Assembly: GCA_963727505.1 (NCBI GenBank)
Contig: CAVSGP010000009.1
Location: forward strand, 544,001 to 608,000
DNA from: an uncultured Trueperaceae bacterium
GTDB taxonomy: Bacteria > Deinococcota > Deinococci > Deinococcales > Trueperaceae
DNA: 64,000 nt
Reading direction: 5' to 3'
Shown here: positions 29,810-40,282 of the stretch, piece by piece
How positions within the stretch are numbered: the stretch's first letter is position 1
Layout: every line of letters starts with the position of its first letter
Notes under the pieces: model-generated
Told to the model about the DNA's origin: nothing
What the model saw: only the letters and a program-made list of their open reading frames with translations
Database searches by the model: none
Position numbers and translations under genes: made by a program

Positions 29810-31327
29810 GTGGAGACCCTCCATCTCCTCGGGCAGGGGTTCGCCGTCGCGTTCCAGCCGCTCAACCTGCTGCTGGCCCTGATCGGCGCCTTCGCCGGCA
29901 CCATCGTCGGTGCGCTGCCGGGCCTCGGCCCGGCGAACGGGGTGGCGATCCTGATCCCGGTCAGCTTCACGCTCGGGTTGCCTGCCACGTCGGCCATGAT
30001 CTTCCTGGCCAGCGTCTACTACGGCGCGATGTACGGCGGCCGCATCTCCAGCATCCTGCTGAACATCCCCGGCGACGAGCCGGCGGTGATGACCACGCTC
30101 GACGGCTATCCCATGGCGAAGCAGGGGCGCGGCGGGTCCGCGCTCGCGATCTCGGCCGTGGCGTCGTTCGTGGGCTCCACCCTGGCCACGATCGGGTTGA
30201 TGCTGTTCGCGCCGGTGCTCGCCAAGCTCGCCATCCGTTTCGGTCCCGCAGAGTACTTCGCGCTCTACGTCATGGCCTTCTCCACGCTCAGCAGCCTGAC
30301 GGGCAAGAATCCGGTCAAGACCCTCATCGGTGCCGTCCTGGGCCTGATGCTGGCTACCGTCGGCCTCGACCCGGGCAGCTCGGTGCCGAGGTTCACCTTC
30401 GGCCAGATGAAGTTCTACGAAGGGATCGACTTCATCGTGGCCATCGTCGGCCTGTTCGCGATCAGCGAGGCGCTCGTGTTCCTGGAGACCTCGCACGCCG
30501 GCGAGAACGTCCGCTACAAGGTCGGGCGGGTCGCCGCCCGCATCCGCGACATCCTCGGCACGCTGTGGACAATGATCCGTTCCAGCGTCATCGGCTTCGT
30601 CGCCGGTGTGCTTCCCGGCGCCGGCGCGTCCCTCGGCTCGTTCATCGCCTACACCTTCGAGAAACGCCTGGTGGACCGCGAGGGGACGTTCGGCACCGGC
30701 GACCCGCGCGGCGTCGCGGCGCCCGAGGCGGGCAACAACGCCGCCGCCGGCGGCGCGCTGGTCCCGATGCTCACGCTCGGCGTGCCCGGCAGCGGCACCA
30801 CGGCGGTGCTGCTGGCGATGCTGATCACCCTCAACATCACGCCCGGACCGCTGCTGTTCACGCAGCACCCGGATGTGGTGTGGGGCCTCATCGCCTCGCT
30901 CTACCTGGGCAACATCGTGCTGCTGGTGCTCAACCTCCCGCTGGTGGGCATCTTCGTGCGCCTGCTCAGCGTTCCCGGCTGGATCCTGATGCCGGTCGTG
31001 ACGATGGTGGGCTTCCTGGGCGTGTACGCCATCAGCCACAGCGTGTTCGACATCTTCCTGATGATCGGCTTCGGCGTCGGCGGGTGGCTGCTGCGCAAGC
31101 TCGACATCCCGCTGGTGCCGGTGATCCTCGGCCTCCTGCTGGGCGACGACATGGAGGTCAACCTGCGCCGGGCGTTGAACCTCGGCAACGGCAACTGGCT
31201 GAGCCTCTGGGACAGCACGCTCTCCCTGATCCTGTGGGGCGTGGCGATCCTCGGCCTCATCCTTCCGATCCTGTTCCTGCGCCGGCCGCAGATCGTCACC
31301 GACGACGGGGACGGCACGGAGGACTAG
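29810..31327 (+). CDS. tctA: Tripartite tricarboxylate transporter large TM subunit
   Basis: GALPGLGP, YGG.ISSILLNIPG, DGYPMA, APEAGNNA and LGVPGS motifs. Confidence 0.95.
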   Translation: METLHLLGQGFAVAFQPLNLLLALIGAFAGTIVGALPGLGPANGVAILIPVSFTLGLPATSAMIFLASVYYGAMYGGRISSILLNIPGDEPAVMTTLDGYPMAKQGRGGSALAISAVASFVGSTLATIGLMLFAPVLAKLAIRFGPAEYFALYVMAFSTLSSLTGKNPVKTLIGAVLGLMLATVGLDPGSSVPRFTFGQMKFYEGIDFIVAIVGLFAISEALVFLETSHAGENVRYKVGRVAARIRDILGTLWTMIRSSVIGFVAGVLPGAGASLGSFIAYTFEKRLVDREGTFGTGDPRGVAAPEAGNNAAAGGALVPMLTLGVPGSGTTAVLLAMLITLNITPGPLLFTQHPDVVWGLIASLYLGNIVLLVLNLPLVGIFVRLLSVPGWILMPVVTMVGFLGVYAISHSVFDIFLMIGFGVGGWLLRKLDIPLVPVILGLLLGDDMEVNLRRALNLGNGNWLSLWDSTLSLILWGVAILGLILPILFLRRPQIVTDDGDGTED

Positions 31328-31385
31328 GCGCACGGTCGCCCGTTGTCGCCCGCGACGGCGGGAGGCAGCCGGCCCCTCGACGGAC

Positions 31386-31418
31386 AACGGGCCCGAGCCG
31401 ACCAGGCTCGGGCCCGTT
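31386..31418. terminator. Hairpin between convergent tctA and ilvD
   Basis: aacgggcccgagcc-gacca-ggctcgggcccgtt, 14-bp stem. Confidence 0.75.
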
Positions 31419-31461
31419 CCGTGGCGCCGTTCTTCGCCGCCCTTCGGGAGATGCGCGCCGG

Positions 31462-33156
31462 TCAGTCGGTGACCGCGCCCTCCGAGGCGCTGGAGACCAG
31501 CCGCGCGTACTTGGCGAGCACGCCGCTGGTGTAGCGCGGGGCGGGCGGCTGCCAGGCGTCGCGGCGTCGCTGGAGCTCGTCCTCGTCCAGATCGACCTCG
31601 AGCAGGTTGTGCTCGGCGTCGATCGTGACGGTGTCGCCTTCGCGGAGCAGGCCGATCGGCCCACCTACGGCCGCCTCGGGCGCCACGTGCCCGACGACCA
31701 GGCCATAGGTGCCCCCGGAGAAGCGTCCGTCGGTGATCAGCCCCACGGCGTCGCCCAGCCCCTTGCCGATGATGGCGCTGGTGGGGGAGAGCATCTCGCG
31801 CATGCCGGGACCTCCGCGGGGCCCCTCGTTGCGGACCACGATCACGTCGCCCGGCCCCACACGGTCGTCGAGGATGGCCGCCAGGCAGTCCTCCTCGCTC
31901 TCGAAGACGCGCGCCGGGCCCTGGATGCGGGTCTTCTTCAGTCCGGTGGTCTTGGCCACGGCGCCCTCGGGCGCGAGGTTGCCGCGCAGGATGTTCAGGT
32001 GGCCGTGCGGGTAGAGCGGGCGGTCGATGGGGTGGACCACGTCCTGGCCCTCGGGCGGCCGGCTCGGGGCGTGCCGCAGGTTCTCGGCGACGGTCTTGCC
32101 CGTGACGGTCATGCAGTCGCCGTGGAGCAGGCCGGCGTCGAGCAGCATCTTCATCACCAGCGGGATGCCGCCGGCCCGGTGCAGGTCGGTGGCGACGTAG
32201 CGCCCCGAGGGCTTGAGGTCGCAGAAGAGCGGCGTGGTGGCCCGGATACGCTCGAAGTCCTCGAGGGACAGGTCGACCTCCGCGGCGTGCGCGATGGCCA
32301 TGAGGTGCAGCACCGCGTTGGTGCTTCCGCCGACGGCCATCACGACCCGGATGGCGTTCTCGAACGCCTTCTTCGTCATGATGTCGCGCGGCAGCAGCTC
32401 GTCCTCGACCCGTCGCATCAGCACGCGCGCGCTCTGTTCGGCGTTGAGACGCTTCTCCTCGTCGACGGCAGCCATGGTGCTCGAGCCCGGCAGGCTCATG
32501 CCCATCGCCTCGATGGCCGAGGACATGGTGTTGGCGGTGTACATGCCGCCGCAGGAGCCGTTGCCGGGGCAGGCGTTCTGCTCGATGGCGTGGAAGGTGT
32601 CCAGCGGGATCCGCCCGGCGGAGTACTGGCCCACGGCCTCGAACACGCTCACGATGGTGAGGTCCTCGCCGTCCAGGTGCCCCGGCTTGATGGTGCCGCC
32701 GTAGACGAACACGCTCGGGATGTTGAGGCGCGCGATCGCGATCATCGCACCGGGCATGTTCTTGTCGCAGCCGCCGACGGCGAGCAGGCCGTCCATGCTC
32801 TGACCGCGGCACACGGTCTCGATGCTGTCGGCGATCACCTCGCGCGACACCAGGCTGAGCTTCATCCCCTCCGTGCCCATCGAGATGCCGTCGGAGACGG
32901 TGATGGTGCCGAACATCTGGGGCATGCCCCCCGCGGCGCGGGCGGCGGCGTCGGCGGCGAGGGCCAGGTCGCCGAGCCCCGCGTTGCACGGGGTGATGGT
33001 GCTGTGGCCGTTGGCGATGGCGACGATCGGTTTGCCGAAGTCGTCGTCGCCGAACCCCACGGCGCGCAGCATGGCGCGGTTGGGTGCGCGCTGGTCGCCG
33101 TCGGTGACCACGGCGCTGCGGCGGTTGAGCTTGGACCGGGTGAGCGTTTCCGACAT
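31462..33156 (-). CDS. ilvD: Dihydroxy-acid dehydratase
   Basis: [36 protein letters not shown] and TDGRFSGGT motifs. Confidence 0.97.
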   Translation of the reverse strand: MSETLTRSKLNRRSAVVTDGDQRAPNRAMLRAVGFGDDDFGKPIVAIANGHSTITPCNAGLGDLALAADAAARAAGGMPQMFGTITVSDGISMGTEGMKLSLVSREVIADSIETVCRGQSMDGLLAVGGCDKNMPGAMIAIARLNIPSVFVYGGTIKPGHLDGEDLTIVSVFEAVGQYSAGRIPLDTFHAIEQNACPGNGSCGGMYTANTMSSAIEAMGMSLPGSSTMAAVDEEKRLNAEQSARVLMRRVEDELLPRDIMTKKAFENAIRVVMAVGGSTNAVLHLMAIAHAAEVDLSLEDFERIRATTPLFCDLKPSGRYVATDLHRAGGIPLVMKMLLDAGLLHGDCMTVTGKTVAENLRHAPSRPPEGQDVVHPIDRPLYPHGHLNILRGNLAPEGAVAKTTGLKKTRIQGPARVFESEEDCLAAILDDRVGPGDVIVVRNEGPRGGPGMREMLSPTSAIIGKGLGDAVGLITDGRFSGGTYGLVVGHVAPEAAVGGPIGLLREGDTVTIDAEHNLLEVDLDEDELQRRRDAWQPPAPRYTSGVLAKYARLVSSASEGAVTD

Positions 33157-33293
33157 GATGGTTCCTCCCGAATGGGCGCATTGTACCGGAGCGGGCGTCG
33201 TCGCGGTCGACGGGGGTGTCCGGTGGCGCGTGGCCCGCGCCGCACGCCGTGCCCGCCGCCCCGAGGGGCGGGCACGGCGTAAGGTGGTACGCG

Positions 33294-33983
33294 ATGAGCC
33301 AACCGACCCCCCGCACCACGAAGACCACGGATGACGGCGCGCCTCAGCGGAGCGTGGAGCTCCAGGAGGTCAGCGTCGTCTTCGGCGGCGAGGCCGTTCT
33401 GGCCGACGTCGATCTGGTCCTACCCGCCGGCAGGACGGTCCTGCTGCGCGGCCCCAACGGTGCCGGCAAGAGCACCCTGCTGCGCGCCATCGCCGGCCTG
33501 CTGCCGTTCAAAGGCGAGATCTTGCTGTTCGGAGCCCGGCCGCGTACGTTGGAAGGGCGCGCCGCTTTCGCCTTCGTGGCCGACGTCCCCACGCTGTTCG
33601 AAGACCTCACCGTGCACGAGCATGCGGCCTTCTTGAGCCGCGCGTACGCGCGGCCTGAAGCCGAGGAGCGGACGCTGGCCTGGTACGAGCGCTTCGAGTT
33701 GGCCGAGCGCGTCGACGAGTTCCCGGGCACCCACTCACGGGGCATGCGGCACAAGGCGGCGCTGGCGCTGGCGCTAGGTCTCGAGCCGGACCTGCTGCTG
33801 CTCGATGAGCCCTTCAACACGCTCGACGCCGACGCGCGCCTGACGCTGGCCGAGGCGCTGCGCGAGCGAGCGAAGGACGGACGCATCAATCTGCTCAGCG
33901 CCCACGATCAATCGCTCGAGCGCGACCTCTCCGCCGAGGTCGTCGAGGTGCGTGGCGGTCACGTGAGCCGGCTCCGTGGCTAG
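33294..33983 (+). CDS. ABC transporter ATP-binding protein
   Basis: Walker [10 protein letters not shown], signature variant HSRGM, Walker B LLLLDEP, H-loop. Confidence 0.92.
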   Translation: MSQPTPRTTKTTDDGAPQRSVELQEVSVVFGGEAVLADVDLVLPAGRTVLLRGPNGAGKSTLLRAIAGLLPFKGEILLFGARPRTLEGRAAFAFVADVPTLFEDLTVHEHAAFLSRAYARPEAEERTLAWYERFELAERVDEFPGTHSRGMRHKAALALALGLEPDLLLLDEPFNTLDADARLTLAEALRERAKDGRINLLSAHDQSLERDLSAEVVEVRGGHVSRLRG

Positions 33984-35418
33984 CGCGTCGGCCGCCGGGC
34001 GCCCAGCCGTAGGAGCGAGCCTGGGGGCGCTGGAGCGCCGCATGCTGCGGCGCCGGGTGGGACGCGGTACCCACTGGGTGGGGCGGACCTTCGGCTGGTC
34101 CACGATCATCTACCTGGTGTTCTGGATCGCGCTGTTCGTGGTGGGCGGCGTGCAGTCCGCCGCTCCGATCGAGCGGCCCCTGCCGCTGGCGATCCTGCCG
34201 ATCGCTCTCGACGGCCTGGCCCTGCTCGCACTGGTGAGCGTGTCGCTGCAGCGCTCGCCTCCGGTGGTGCTCGGTCGCAGCCACGCCATGCTGCTGGGGC
34301 TGTCGCCCTGGCCGGCCCAGCGCGTCCTGCGCCCGCGCCTGCTCGGCTTCTTCGCGTCGCGGGTGATCGTCGGCGCCGTCGTCGGCACCGCCACATGGCT
34401 TCTGGTCACCATCCTGTTCGGGGTATCGGTGCCGGCGCTGGTGGCGCTCGGCGCCGGTCTATGGCTGCTGCGAGCGGCGCTGGCGATGCTGGTATACGAG
34501 CGCCGGCCCGTCGCCCTGCCGCTGGCCCTGCTGGCCGTCGTGCTGGCGGCGCTGGGGGCCGCCTCCGGGCCGTTGGGATTCGAGCAGGGCGCTGCCGCGC
34601 CCGCGCTCGCCGCGGGGGTGGCGTCGGCACTGGGCCTGGCGGCGGCCGCCGCCGCGTACGCCTACCAGGGGAAGGGCTACCCCGCCGGCTACCTCTTCGA
34701 CGCCATGGTGGTCGCCGAGTTCCGCGCGTCCGTGCTGATGGCGGTGATGACGCAGAGCGCGGGCGCATTACGCAGGCGCGGCACCACCACCCGCACGCGC
34801 CGGCGGGCGAAGGGCCGCCGCTCGGGCAGCGCCCGGCTGCGGCTGCCGGCACCATCGACGGAGTACGGCGCGCTCGGCGCCGTGGCCTGGCGCAGCGCGT
34901 TGAGCCTGCTGCGGGCGCCGCTTCTCATGAAGGTGGCGCTGCTGGCGGCGCTCGGCTACGTCTACGCCATGCTCTCGGCCGGCGTGGTGGGCGGCCTGCC
35001 GCTGGCGGTCCTGGGTCTGGCGGCGGGGTTCCTGGCGTCGTGGTTGCTGGGGCCGTCGGCGGAGCCCGCGCCGCTCCCGCTCGATCCCTTCGCGCGCGGC
35101 GGCGGGCGGGTCCTGCCGGGCCTGTTCGCGGCCGCCGTGCTGTTCGCACTGTTTGCCGCCGTGCGCTCCGCGACCGGCGGCCCCGCGGGGTCGGGGGAGG
35201 CGGGGCTGCTGGGGTTCGCGCTGGTCGCGCTGGCCACGGTCACCCTGGAGAAGGCGTCGAGCTGGCTGCACGTGTCGCATCGCGAGTGGACGGCCTGGGG
35301 TCTGTCGGGACTGCTGAGCGGCACCTTGATGTGGGTCCTGAGCGCGCTCGGAGGTCCGGGCGTGATCACGCTGGGGGCGCTGGGACTGGCCTTCGGAAGT
35401 CTGCTGGTCCTGCCCTGA
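33976..35418 (+). CDS. Multi-pass membrane protein, probable ABC exporter permease
   Basis: About 12 hydrophobic segments with a central basic loop; overlaps the ATPase stop. Confidence 0.75.
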   Translation: MASASAAGRPAVGASLGALERRMLRRRVGRGTHWVGRTFGWSTIIYLVFWIALFVVGGVQSAAPIERPLPLAILPIALDGLALLALVSVSLQRSPPVVLGRSHAMLLGLSPWPAQRVLRPRLLGFFASRVIVGAVVGTATWLLVTILFGVSVPALVALGAGLWLLRAALAMLVYERRPVALPLALLAVVLAALGAASGPLGFEQGAAAPALAAGVASALGLAAAAAAYAYQGKGYPAGYLFDAMVVAEFRASVLMAVMTQSAGALRRRGTTTRTRRRAKGRRSGSARLRLPAPSTEYGALGAVAWRSALSLLRAPLLMKVALLAALGYVYAMLSAGVVGGLPLAVLGLAAGFLASWLLGPSAEPAPLPLDPFARGGGRVLPGLFAAAVLFALFAAVRSATGGPAGSGEAGLLGFALVALATVTLEKASSWLHVSHREWTAWGLSGLLSGTLMWVLSALGGPGVITLGALGLAFGSLLVLP

Positions 35419-35439
35419 GGCCCTCGCCGGAGCGGCGCC

Positions 35440-35895
35440 TCAGCGGCGCGGCAACAGCAGCACGATCGAGACCGCCATCAACAGCAGCCCCACCGCGCGG
35501 CTGGGCGTCACCGGGATGCGCGCGCCGCCCCAGCCTGCGGCGTCGATGATGACAGCCGCCGTCATCTGGCCGACGATGATCCCGCCGAGCCCGGCAGCGA
35601 TGCCCAGACGCGGCAGCGCGAAGGCGATGCCTGTGAGGATGCCGATGCCGAGCGCTCCGGCCGCGCCCCAGTAGGGCGAGCTGCGTAGCAGCGTGCCCCA
35701 CAGCAGGCCGCCACCCAGGATCGAGACGAGCAGCAGGACGACCACCGACAGAGTGCCGCCGGCGACGTTGACCAGCAGGCCCGTGCGCACCGCGCCGAGC
35801 GACTTCTCGGCGATGCGCATCACGCTGCCCTGCGTGCCGATGGCGATGCCTGCGACCAGGCTGGCGAGCACTGCGGCGACCACGGACTTCTCCAT
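35440..35895 (-). CDS. DMT superfamily (YdcZ/DUF606-like) transporter
   Basis: AG..IG.Q, PRLG, GQ...AVIID..GW pattern. Confidence 0.85.
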   Translation of the reverse strand: MEKSVVAAVLASLVAGIAIGTQGSVMRIAEKSLGAVRTGLLVNVAGGTLSVVVLLLVSILGGGLLWGTLLRSSPYWGAAGALGIGILTGIAFALPRLGIAAGLGGIIVGQMTAAVIIDAAGWGGARIPVTPSRAVGLLLMAVSIVLLLPRR

Positions 35896-36015
35896 CTTCC
35901 ACCTCCGGGCCCCCGCGTGACGCCGCGGCTCCCGTATCGTCGAGAGGACCGGTGGCGGGACCCTACCTCCCGCCCGGGGCGACGACGACCATCGTACCGT
36001 GGGACGGCGGACCGG

Positions 36016-37101
36016 CTAGACCCAGGAAGGCGTCCACAGCTCCGGCAGCAAGCGCGCGCCGACGAGCGCTTCGAGATCGAGGACGCCGTCGGCAAGGGGG
36101 AGGGGCCGGTCGAGGCTGTCGCGCTTCAGCTTCAGCGGGAAGCTGAGCTCGCTCGGGTGGGTCACGCCCTCCTGGCTCGCTGCCACGGCGCTGTGCAGCG
36201 TCCCGAGCCCGCTCGAGGCCTGCGAGCCGATCATGACGCCCTTGCCGGCGTCCCGCGCCATCGCCAGCATGCGCAGCGTGTCGTGCCAGCCGCTGCGGGC
36301 CGGCTTGATGTTGAGGATGTCGAAGGTGTCTGCCTCCAGCTCGCGCTCGAGCTCGGCGGGCGTGAAGGCGCTGTCGTCGGCGATGAGCGGCAGGATGCTT
36401 GCGGCGCGAAGCCGGCGCCGTGCCGCCAGGCGGTGGACGGGCAGCGGCTCTTCGACGTAGGCGACTCCCAGAGCGGCGAGGCGCTCCAGGACCCGCGGTG
36501 CGTCGGCCTCGTCCAGCGTCTCGTTGGCGTCGGCATAGAGCAGCACGTCGTCGTCCAGTGCGTCCCGCAACGATGCCAGCACGTGCGCGTCGTGCTCGGG
36601 GTCGCGACCCACCTTGACCTTCAGAACGCGCACGCCGGCCGCCACCACCGCACGCGCTTCGGCCAGCATGGCGTCGAGGCCCGCGATGCCCAGGATGAAG
36701 CTGACGCGGGGGCGTCGCTGCGGCCCCATCGAGCGCGTTGCCAGGCTGCCTCCCCGCGACGCCGCTGCCGCTTCGGCCAGCGCCAGGTCGAGCGCACCCT
36801 TGAGGGCGTGGTTGAACGGTAGTGCGTCCAGGGCTCGCCGCTGGGCGGGGGTGTCCTCGACGTCGACCCCTCGCAGGCGCGGCTCGAGGTGGTAGCGGAG
36901 CGCGGCCTCCATGCCCTCGCGCGTCTCGCCGTAGATGGTCGGTCGCACCGGCGCCTCGGCCACGCCGAGAGCGCCGCCTTCGAGCTCCACACCGACGAGC
37001 AGGTGCTCCAGGGCACGCAGCTCGCTGCCCGCGCCCCAGCGCAGGGCGCGGGCCATGGGCAGCGACAGCGGGGCGAAGCCGATGCGGGCGATGCGGGTCA
37101 T
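36016..37101 (-). CDS. Enolase superfamily, muconate-lactonising-enzyme subgroup (epimerase/racemase-like)
   Basis: LKVKVG, YADANE, VEEP, IADD and NIKPAR motifs; TAGGCT 7 nt before the ATG. Confidence 0.88.
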   Translation of the reverse strand: MTRIARIGFAPLSLPMARALRWGAGSELRALEHLLVGVELEGGALGVAEAPVRPTIYGETREGMEAALRYHLEPRLRGVDVEDTPAQRRALDALPFNHALKGALDLALAEAAAASRGGSLATRSMGPQRRPRVSFILGIAGLDAMLAEARAVVAAGVRVLKVKVGRDPEHDAHVLASLRDALDDDVLLYADANETLDEADAPRVLERLAALGVAYVEEPLPVHRLAARRRLRAASILPLIADDSAFTPAELERELEADTFDILNIKPARSGWHDTLRMLAMARDAGKGVMIGSQASSGLGTLHSAVAASQEGVTHPSELSFPLKLKRDSLDRPLPLADGVLDLEALVGARLLPELWTPSWV

Positions 37102-37111
37102 GCCGACCAGC

Positions 37112-37864
37112 CTACAGCCAGGAGGCGAGGCGCCGGGCGACCTGACGCGGGTCGAGCCGTCCGGTGTCGAGCCGCAAGCGCCGGCGCTCGGGAAGCGGAT
37201 CGAGCCGCTGCCAGGCGGCGCCCGGGTCGTAGTGCAAGCTCTCCTCGGCGACCACCCGGGCGCCGGTCTCGACCGCGTCCGGATCGAGTCCGGCGGCGTC
37301 GGCCGCCAGCCCCGCCAGGTCGGCCAGCCTCTCCAGGCCCTCGATGCGGCGCAGGCGCGCGAGCAGCGCGTCGTGCGCCGCGCCGTGCGCTGTCTGGGGC
37401 ACCGTGTCGGCGGAACCGACACGGTCGAAGGCGTCGCCGCGGCCCGCCAGACGCAGCACCCTGATCGCGGCCGGCGCCTCCAGGGCGACGAAGCGAGCGT
37501 GGGCGAAGACCTCCACGGCGTAACCCACCTCGTCCTCGCCGCGCAGGTTGTCGAACAGCGCCAGCGGAGCGTCGTTCGCTCCTGGCGCTTCGCTCGCAAG
37601 GTAGCGCTCCAGGGCGTGGGCCATGCCCCCGGGATGGGCGCGGCGGTAGCGCGCGGTGAGGCGGAAGCGCTCCAGCCGATCGCGCACGGGCCGCTGCGCC
37701 ATCCCCTCCAGCCGCTGCGCCTCGGGGATGACCAGCGCGTCGGCCAGTGCGCGCCGATTGGGGAGCAAGCGGGCGCCGGACACCATGGTGCGCAGTGCCT
37801 CGAGGGTGGTGCTCTTCCCGACCCCGGTGAGGCCCACCAAGATGACCAGGGCGCGCTCAGCCAC
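37112..37864 (-). CDS. P-loop NTPase/kinase of unknown substrate
   Basis: N-terminal Walker A GLTGVGKST; FDNLRGEDEV; R...R lid-like motif. Confidence 0.75.
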   Translation of the reverse strand: MAERALVILVGLTGVGKSTTLEALRTMVSGARLLPNRRALADALVIPEAQRLEGMAQRPVRDRLERFRLTARYRRAHPGGMAHALERYLASEAPGANDAPLALFDNLRGEDEVGYAVEVFAHARFVALEAPAAIRVLRLAGRGDAFDRVGSADTVPQTAHGAAHDALLARLRRIEGLERLADLAGLAADAAGLDPDAVETGARVVAEESLHYDPGAAWQRLDPLPERRRLRLDTGRLDPRQVARRLASWL

Positions 37865-37917
37865 GGCGCCCCGGCGTCGTACGTCCCGGCGTTGCGCGCG
37901 AAGCCCGGCGCACTCCG

Positions 37918-39117
37918 TCAGGCCAGCGCCGCGAGGCGCCGGCACGCTTCACGAAGGGCGTCTTCTTCCTTGCAGAAGGCCAGGCGTACGAGGTTGCGGG
38001 CCAGGTGCTTGTGGTCTTCGGTGTAGAACGCGCTCGGGGGGATGGCGCCGACGCCGGCGCGAGCCGGCAGGTCGCGACACAGCGTCACGTCGTCGTCGTA
38101 CCCCAGGGCGCTGCTATCGGCCACCACGAAGTAGCCGGCGTCGGGCACCATGGGCTCGAACGGGGTGGGCGCCAGAGCCTCGAGGAGCACGTCGCGGCGG
38201 CGACGGAAGCCGCCCTCCAGCTCCCGATAGTAGTCGCTCTGGCGCGCGTGGCGCAGCATGCTCGCGCCGGCGCGTTGCAGCGGCGTGGCGACATCGAAGG
38301 GGATCCACTGGTGGGCCATCGTCACGGCGTGCACCAGCGCCTCCGGGCCGGTCACCCAACCCACCTTCCAGCCGGTCACCGAGAAAGTCTTTCCCAGGCT
38401 GGCCACGGTCAGGGTGCGCTCCCAGGCGCCGGGGCGGCTGGCGAGCGGGACGTGCTCGGTGAACGCGATGCGCTGGTAGACCTCGTCGCTGATGAGCACC
38501 GCGCCGACCCGCGTCGCCTCGGCGACCAGGGCGTCGAGCTCCGCCGGGCTGAAGACCTTGCCCGTCGGGTTGTGGGGCGTGTTCACGACGATCGCGCGCG
38601 TGCCTGGCCCCACCGCGCGGTGGAGCTTCTCCGGGTCGAGGTGCCATGCCCCGTCGACGAGATCGAGCGGCAGGAAGCGGGGCACGCCTCCGGCCATCAC
38701 CACGTCTGCGGGATAGGCATCGTAGAAGGGCTCGATCAGCAGCACCTCGTCGCCCGGCGAGACGAGCGCCTGGATGGCTGCGAACAGTCCCTCCGTCGCG
38801 CCCACCGTCACGAGCACGTTGGCGGCCGGGTCGAGTTCGCGCTCCAGGCGGCCGCCGACGTCGAGGGCGATCTCCTCGGTGAGCTCGGGCAGGCCGCCCA
38901 GCGGCGCGTACTGCTGCCCGCCGTGGGCGCTGGCCGCCAACGCCTCGAGGACGAAGCGAGGCGGGTCGAAGCCGGGGAATCCCTGGCCGAGGTCGATGGC
39001 GCCGTGCTGGCGGGCCAGCCGCGAGTAGGTCGCGAAGACCGTCTCGCGGAAGCCCGCGATGCGGCTCGACGCCCGCGGCAGCGGCGCGCTGGGGGTGGGG
39101 CTCGGATCAGCGGACAT
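37918..39117 (-). CDS. Class I/II PLP aminotransferase (YbdL/kynurenine aminotransferase-like)
   Basis: DLGQGFP, NTPHNPTGKV, SDEVY, SLGKTFSVTGWKVGW and RLAFCK motifs; TACAAT 7 nt before the ATG. Confidence 0.92.
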   Translation of the reverse strand: MSADPSPTPSAPLPRASSRIAGFRETVFATYSRLARQHGAIDLGQGFPGFDPPRFVLEALAASAHGGQQYAPLGGLPELTEEIALDVGGRLERELDPAANVLVTVGATEGLFAAIQALVSPGDEVLLIEPFYDAYPADVVMAGGVPRFLPLDLVDGAWHLDPEKLHRAVGPGTRAIVVNTPHNPTGKVFSPAELDALVAEATRVGAVLISDEVYQRIAFTEHVPLASRPGAWERTLTVASLGKTFSVTGWKVGWVTGPEALVHAVTMAHQWIPFDVATPLQRAGASMLRHARQSDYYRELEGGFRRRRDVLLEALAPTPFEPMVPDAGYFVVADSSALGYDDDVTLCRDLPARAGVGAIPPSAFYTEDHKHLARNLVRLAFCKEEDALREACRRLAALA

Positions 39118-39202
39118 CGCGGTCATTGTACGGGCCGAACGCGCGCCGCCTCGCCGCGGCGCGCGTTCGCGAGGACACGCACGCGAGGTGCGCGGGCGCC
39201 GC

Positions 39203-40282
39203 TCAGGCGACGGGCGCGGCGGCCGCCTGCAGCGCGGCGATGACGGCGTCGGTGAAGGCCTCGGTGCCGCGGGTGCCGCCGAGATCGACGGTGGCGTCAT
39301 CGTTCAGCGCCGCCTGCACGGCCGTCTCCAGCGCGTCCGCGGCCGCGAGCTCATCGAGGCCGTGGCGCAGCATCATGGCCGCGGACAGCAGGGTGCCGAC
39401 GGGGTTGGCGACGCCCTTGCCGGCGATGTCCGGCGCGCTGCCGTGAACCGGCTCGTAGAGCCCCACGTCACCGCCCAGGCTGGCCGAGGGGAGCACCCCC
39501 AGCGAGCCGGGGATGACGGCGGCGAGGTCGGAGAGGATGTCGCCGAAGAGATTGCCCGTGACGACCACGTCGAACTCGGTCGGCGCACGCACGATCTGCA
39601 TGGCGGCGTTGTCCACGTAGAGATGGTCGAGTTCCACGTCGGGGAACTCGGCCTGGTGCACGCCCAACACCACATCGCGCCAGAACTGCGAGACGTCCAG
39701 CACGTTGGACTTGTCGACGTTGGTGACCTTGTTGCGGCGCTTGCGCGCGGTCTCGAACGCCACCCGGGCGATGCGCTCCACCTCGTAGCGGTCGTAGACC
39801 ATGGTGGAGAGGCCCTGCTCCTCGCGCGCGTAGGAGGGCTTGCCGAAGTAGATGCCGCCGGTGAGCTCGCGCAGGATGAGGAGGTCCGTGCCGCGGGCGA
39901 CCGACTCCTTGAGGGGGGAGAGGCGCTCGAGCCCGGCGAACACCTTCACCGGCCGCAGGTTGGCGTACACCCCGAGGTGGCGCCGTAGCGCCAGGATGCC
40001 GGACTCGACGCGCTTCTCGCGCGGCAGCCGGTTCCACGGGTGGTCGCCGACCGGGCCGCCGGCCGATCCCATCAGCACCGCGTCGGCGCGGCTGCTGGCG
40101 TCCCGGGTGACCTGCGGCAGCGGTTCGCCGTGGCTGTCGATGGCGCCGCCGCCGAAGGGCAGGCGCTCGAACTCGAACGTCAGGCCGTGGGTGGCCTGCA
40201 TCGCCTCCAGCGTGCGCACCGTGGCGTCGATGACCTCCGGGCCGATGAAGTCGCCCGGCAGGACCGCGATGTGGTAGCTCAT
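39203..40282 (-). CDS. leuB: 3-isopropylmalate dehydrogenase
   Basis: PGDFIGPEV, YANLRP, RELTGGIYFG, NLFGDILSD and YEPVHGSAPDIAG motifs. Confidence 0.97.
   Translation of the reverse strand: MSYHIAVLPGDFIGPEVIDATVRTLEAMQATHGLTFEFERLPFGGGAIDSHGEPLPQVTRDASSRADAVLMGSAGGPVGDHPWNRLPREKRVESGILALRRHLGVYANLRPVKVFAGLERLSPLKESVARGTDLLILRELTGGIYFGKPSYAREEQGLSTMVYDRYEVERIARVAFETARKRRNKVTNVDKSNVLDVSQFWRDVVLGVHQAEFPDVELDHLYVDNAAMQIVRAPTEFDVVVTGNLFGDILSDLAAVIPGSLGVLPSASLGGDVGLYEPVHGSAPDIAGKGVANPVGTLLSAAMMLRHGLDELAAADALETAVQAALNDDATVDLGGTRGTEAFTDAVIAALQAAAAPVA

Noticed and set aside
29756..33328. 1190-aa and 905-aa ORFs in the ORF track
   Set aside because: Arg/Gly/Pro-rich shadow frames overlapping tctA and ilvD, typical of high-GC DNA with few stops.
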